A stretch of 64,000 nt of DNA from Octopus bimaculoides (lineage: Eukaryota): NCBI RefSeq assembly GCF_001194135.2, contig NC_068982.1:58066445-58130444 (forward strand). The letters are read 5' to 3'. The position numbers and the translations under genes were made by a program. Of this stretch, positions 61,736 to 64,000 are shown one piece after another. Within the stretch, counting starts at the first letter, position 1. Each line of letters opens with the position of its first letter. A model generated the notes under the pieces. That model was not told the DNA's origin. It did not search any database and saw only the letters and a program-made list of their open reading frames with translations.

Positions 61736-62550
61736 TTAAATGGGATGATATAAGTGAATACTTGTTCCCTCAAATTCTCCTTTCAAATATTGTATTTGTC
61801 TTGTGTTTATGCTCTCTTTCATTTCATTTCTTTAATATTGTAATATATTTGCTGGTATCTGTGAGTAAATTCTTCTTCTATTACCTCCTTAGAATTAACA
61901 GTTAAGCTACTGTCAAAACCAGTTCGCAACTTAGTTCAGTACAGATATGAAACAGTTTTAAATGAGAACTGAAACTAGCTACAAACTTGGTAAATCTACT
62001 CCAAAATAATAACTGTCATCTATCAAACATCAAAATATATTACAATTGATGTGGTCCGAGCCAACCTCTGCACTGAGGTTTCTAAACCTGCTGAGTAGGT
62101 TAGCTCAGGTATAGATCATATCTCTTTCAAGTTTGGTATAGTTTTCCACAAATAAACATGATACAATTCATATGACTTTCGAGTTCTGTTCTTGTTTATT
62201 GATACTTAAACATCAGCTCTGACTGATGTTAACTTCAACAATCTGATGAAGAGAGTTTGACAACCTACTGGGCAATCAGTTCTTTGTTGAGGAGGGTGGT
62301 CTAGAGTTAAATGAGCAAACTGCGGGCTGCAGGACTTTCTGAGGACACGCTTAATGATAATGAACCACGTCTTATATGACTCTCTCAAAAAAGTTGCCCC
62401 ATGAGTGCACTACACGGTCACTCATATCACCAGAAATAACAGCCAAGTCTCTCCCAAATCACAAAGACAGAATGGGAAATGTCTTTGACAATTTCTTGGA
62501 TTTTAAGTCACAGTTATCGTGCCATTGCAGACGATATATACACATATAAG

Positions 62551-62830
62551 CCAGGAAATGATTCAATCGCTTTCCTGACGTTGTCTGAGGTGGAAACAGA
62601 TTGTAAAACAAAACTGGTGTGTCGGACCGGTGTAGTCACCCGGAGGATGTTTCTCCTTTAATCTATTGGGGGGAATCTGTAGTGTACGGGCCAGGTAGGA
62701 CAGAGATGAACTGAACAACTCTTTTAATGTCAAATTCGCTGAATTTGGCATTAACGGCTTTCTTTAAGCTCGGTGAATGTCCATTGCTCGGAACTATGCT
62801 AGTCACATTAGCATACTTAAAAACCAGCCT
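62551..62830 (-). mobile_element. Probable CRE-clade non-LTR retrotransposon fragment (pre-RT region)
   Basis: Three collinear motifs across two frameshifts: KKAVNAKFSEFDIKRVVQFIS, RLKEKHPP and SDNVRKAIESFPG. They resemble the K..GD++.A+R.+.S / L..KHP / DV..AI.SFP.G series of CRE-type ORFs. CpG-rich. Confidence 0.55.
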
Positions 62831-64000
62831 TCAAGAAATAAGTCACTCAAAAACACTGCAAATAATGACAAAAAAAAATTCCCAATTAAAACCAAGGATA
62901 GCCCTTCAAATTACCAGACATTCCAATACGAGGGAAATTTCATCAAAGTTTTTAAAAAAGCAGGTTTAGGCGAAAGAAAATGTTACACGCATAACGTCTT
63001 CGACATCATTATTAATTATGTAAAACATTTTGAAATGGGAATGGAATACGAATCACAGACTGAATACGCCAAGAATTTCAATGTCACAAACGTGAGATAT
63101 CGACTAAATCAGACAATTGCATTCCAAAATATGTTCGACAGAAGAAATAAATACTACTGGGAAACGAAACCCTGTTCACAGATATAACCTAAGTTTAAAT
63201 TTACAACGCTCAATACATTTCAGATTAAAAACGACTAGAGTATTTAGAGTGAGGAACAATTATTTTAAATCGACCACAGTATTTGACCGGTACTTGTTTT
63301 ATCAATTCCAGAAGGATGAAAACCAAAATTAAACTCGACAGGGCTTAAATTTAATAAGAGATGTATCTTGTCCGGAAATATTGTCTATATTATAGAAATA
63401 ATATTTTCATGATAATAGAAACATACTATATGAAGACAAGGAAAAACTTAATTAACAACAATTAAATAATTAATATTGAGGAGAGAAAAAAAAAAAGACC
63501 TACCGATAGATTTTGTTGTTACTTATTTTTTACATTGGTGAGGTAAATTACGTCTTCTTTATTAAAAATCCTCCACTTTGTTTTTTGTTCTCTAAAAGTG
63601 TCACTATAAAAAGGTAAAATATCTTATACAACATATTCAACAGAAGATAATTTAAATAAATGGCTCGTAATAAAGGAGGGATAATTAGAAGGAGACGGGG
63701 AAAGACAAGTGAATTACTCTTTTGTTGTTGTTGACTACGAATGAGATGTTGCTACCACCTGACTTTTCAAACACTGCAGTGTACAACAATCTCCCGCCAC
63801 AGGTGACTCCTAGTGACGACAACTGTCAATAAAGAAAACGTTTATTTAATGGGTCACCTAACGGAAGGTAGATAATTCTCGTTACTTAATTATACACGAA
63901 TTTGACATTCATCATATCATTGCAGACGATATATATACGATACATGTGTGTGTCGCGGGATACGTACACATACACGTATACTCCAACACACACACACACA

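Noticed and set aside
62425-62500. FGRDLAVISGD motif suggesting a CRE C-terminus
   Set aside because: The DNA matches the unrelated CTAGAAATARCAGCCAAATCTC interspersed repeat seen elsewhere in the window.
62777-63187. 136-aa plus-strand ORF as a host gene
   Set aside because: No recognisable domain, and the opposite strand carries the more convincing retrotransposon motifs.

Overview
AT-rich, repeat-saturated eukaryotic DNA with about 13 assembly N-gaps. The repeat set suggests a coleoid cephalopod, most likely Octopus; this is an inference from repeat style, not a database match. I found no supportable host protein-coding exon, rRNA, functional tRNA or CRISPR array, so the window reads as intergenic or a large intron. 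Most listed ORFs are microsatellite or N-gap translations, or antisense reads of decayed transposons. The interpretable content is a layered set of mobile-element relics. LINEs: many RTE-clade 3' ends with (GAT)n tails, one HERO-like RLE fragment and one probable CRE-clade fragment. LTR element: a truncated Ty3/Gypsy with LTR, tRNA-Ser PBS and gag. DNA transposons: an internally deleted mariner, plus mariner, pogo/Tigger, Tc1, hAT and TTAA (piggyBac-like) MITEs. SINEs: at least four tRNA-derived families. The most notable observations are a degenerate minimal type-I hammerhead ribozyme in a Penelope-like relic, head-to-tail SINE arrays joined by (TAA)n, several foldback elements (one with a telomere-repeat palindrome), a multi-layer nested insertion, and an unidentified 356-bp tandem repeat. 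Family names come from manual translation and motif recognition. Many boundaries are approximate.
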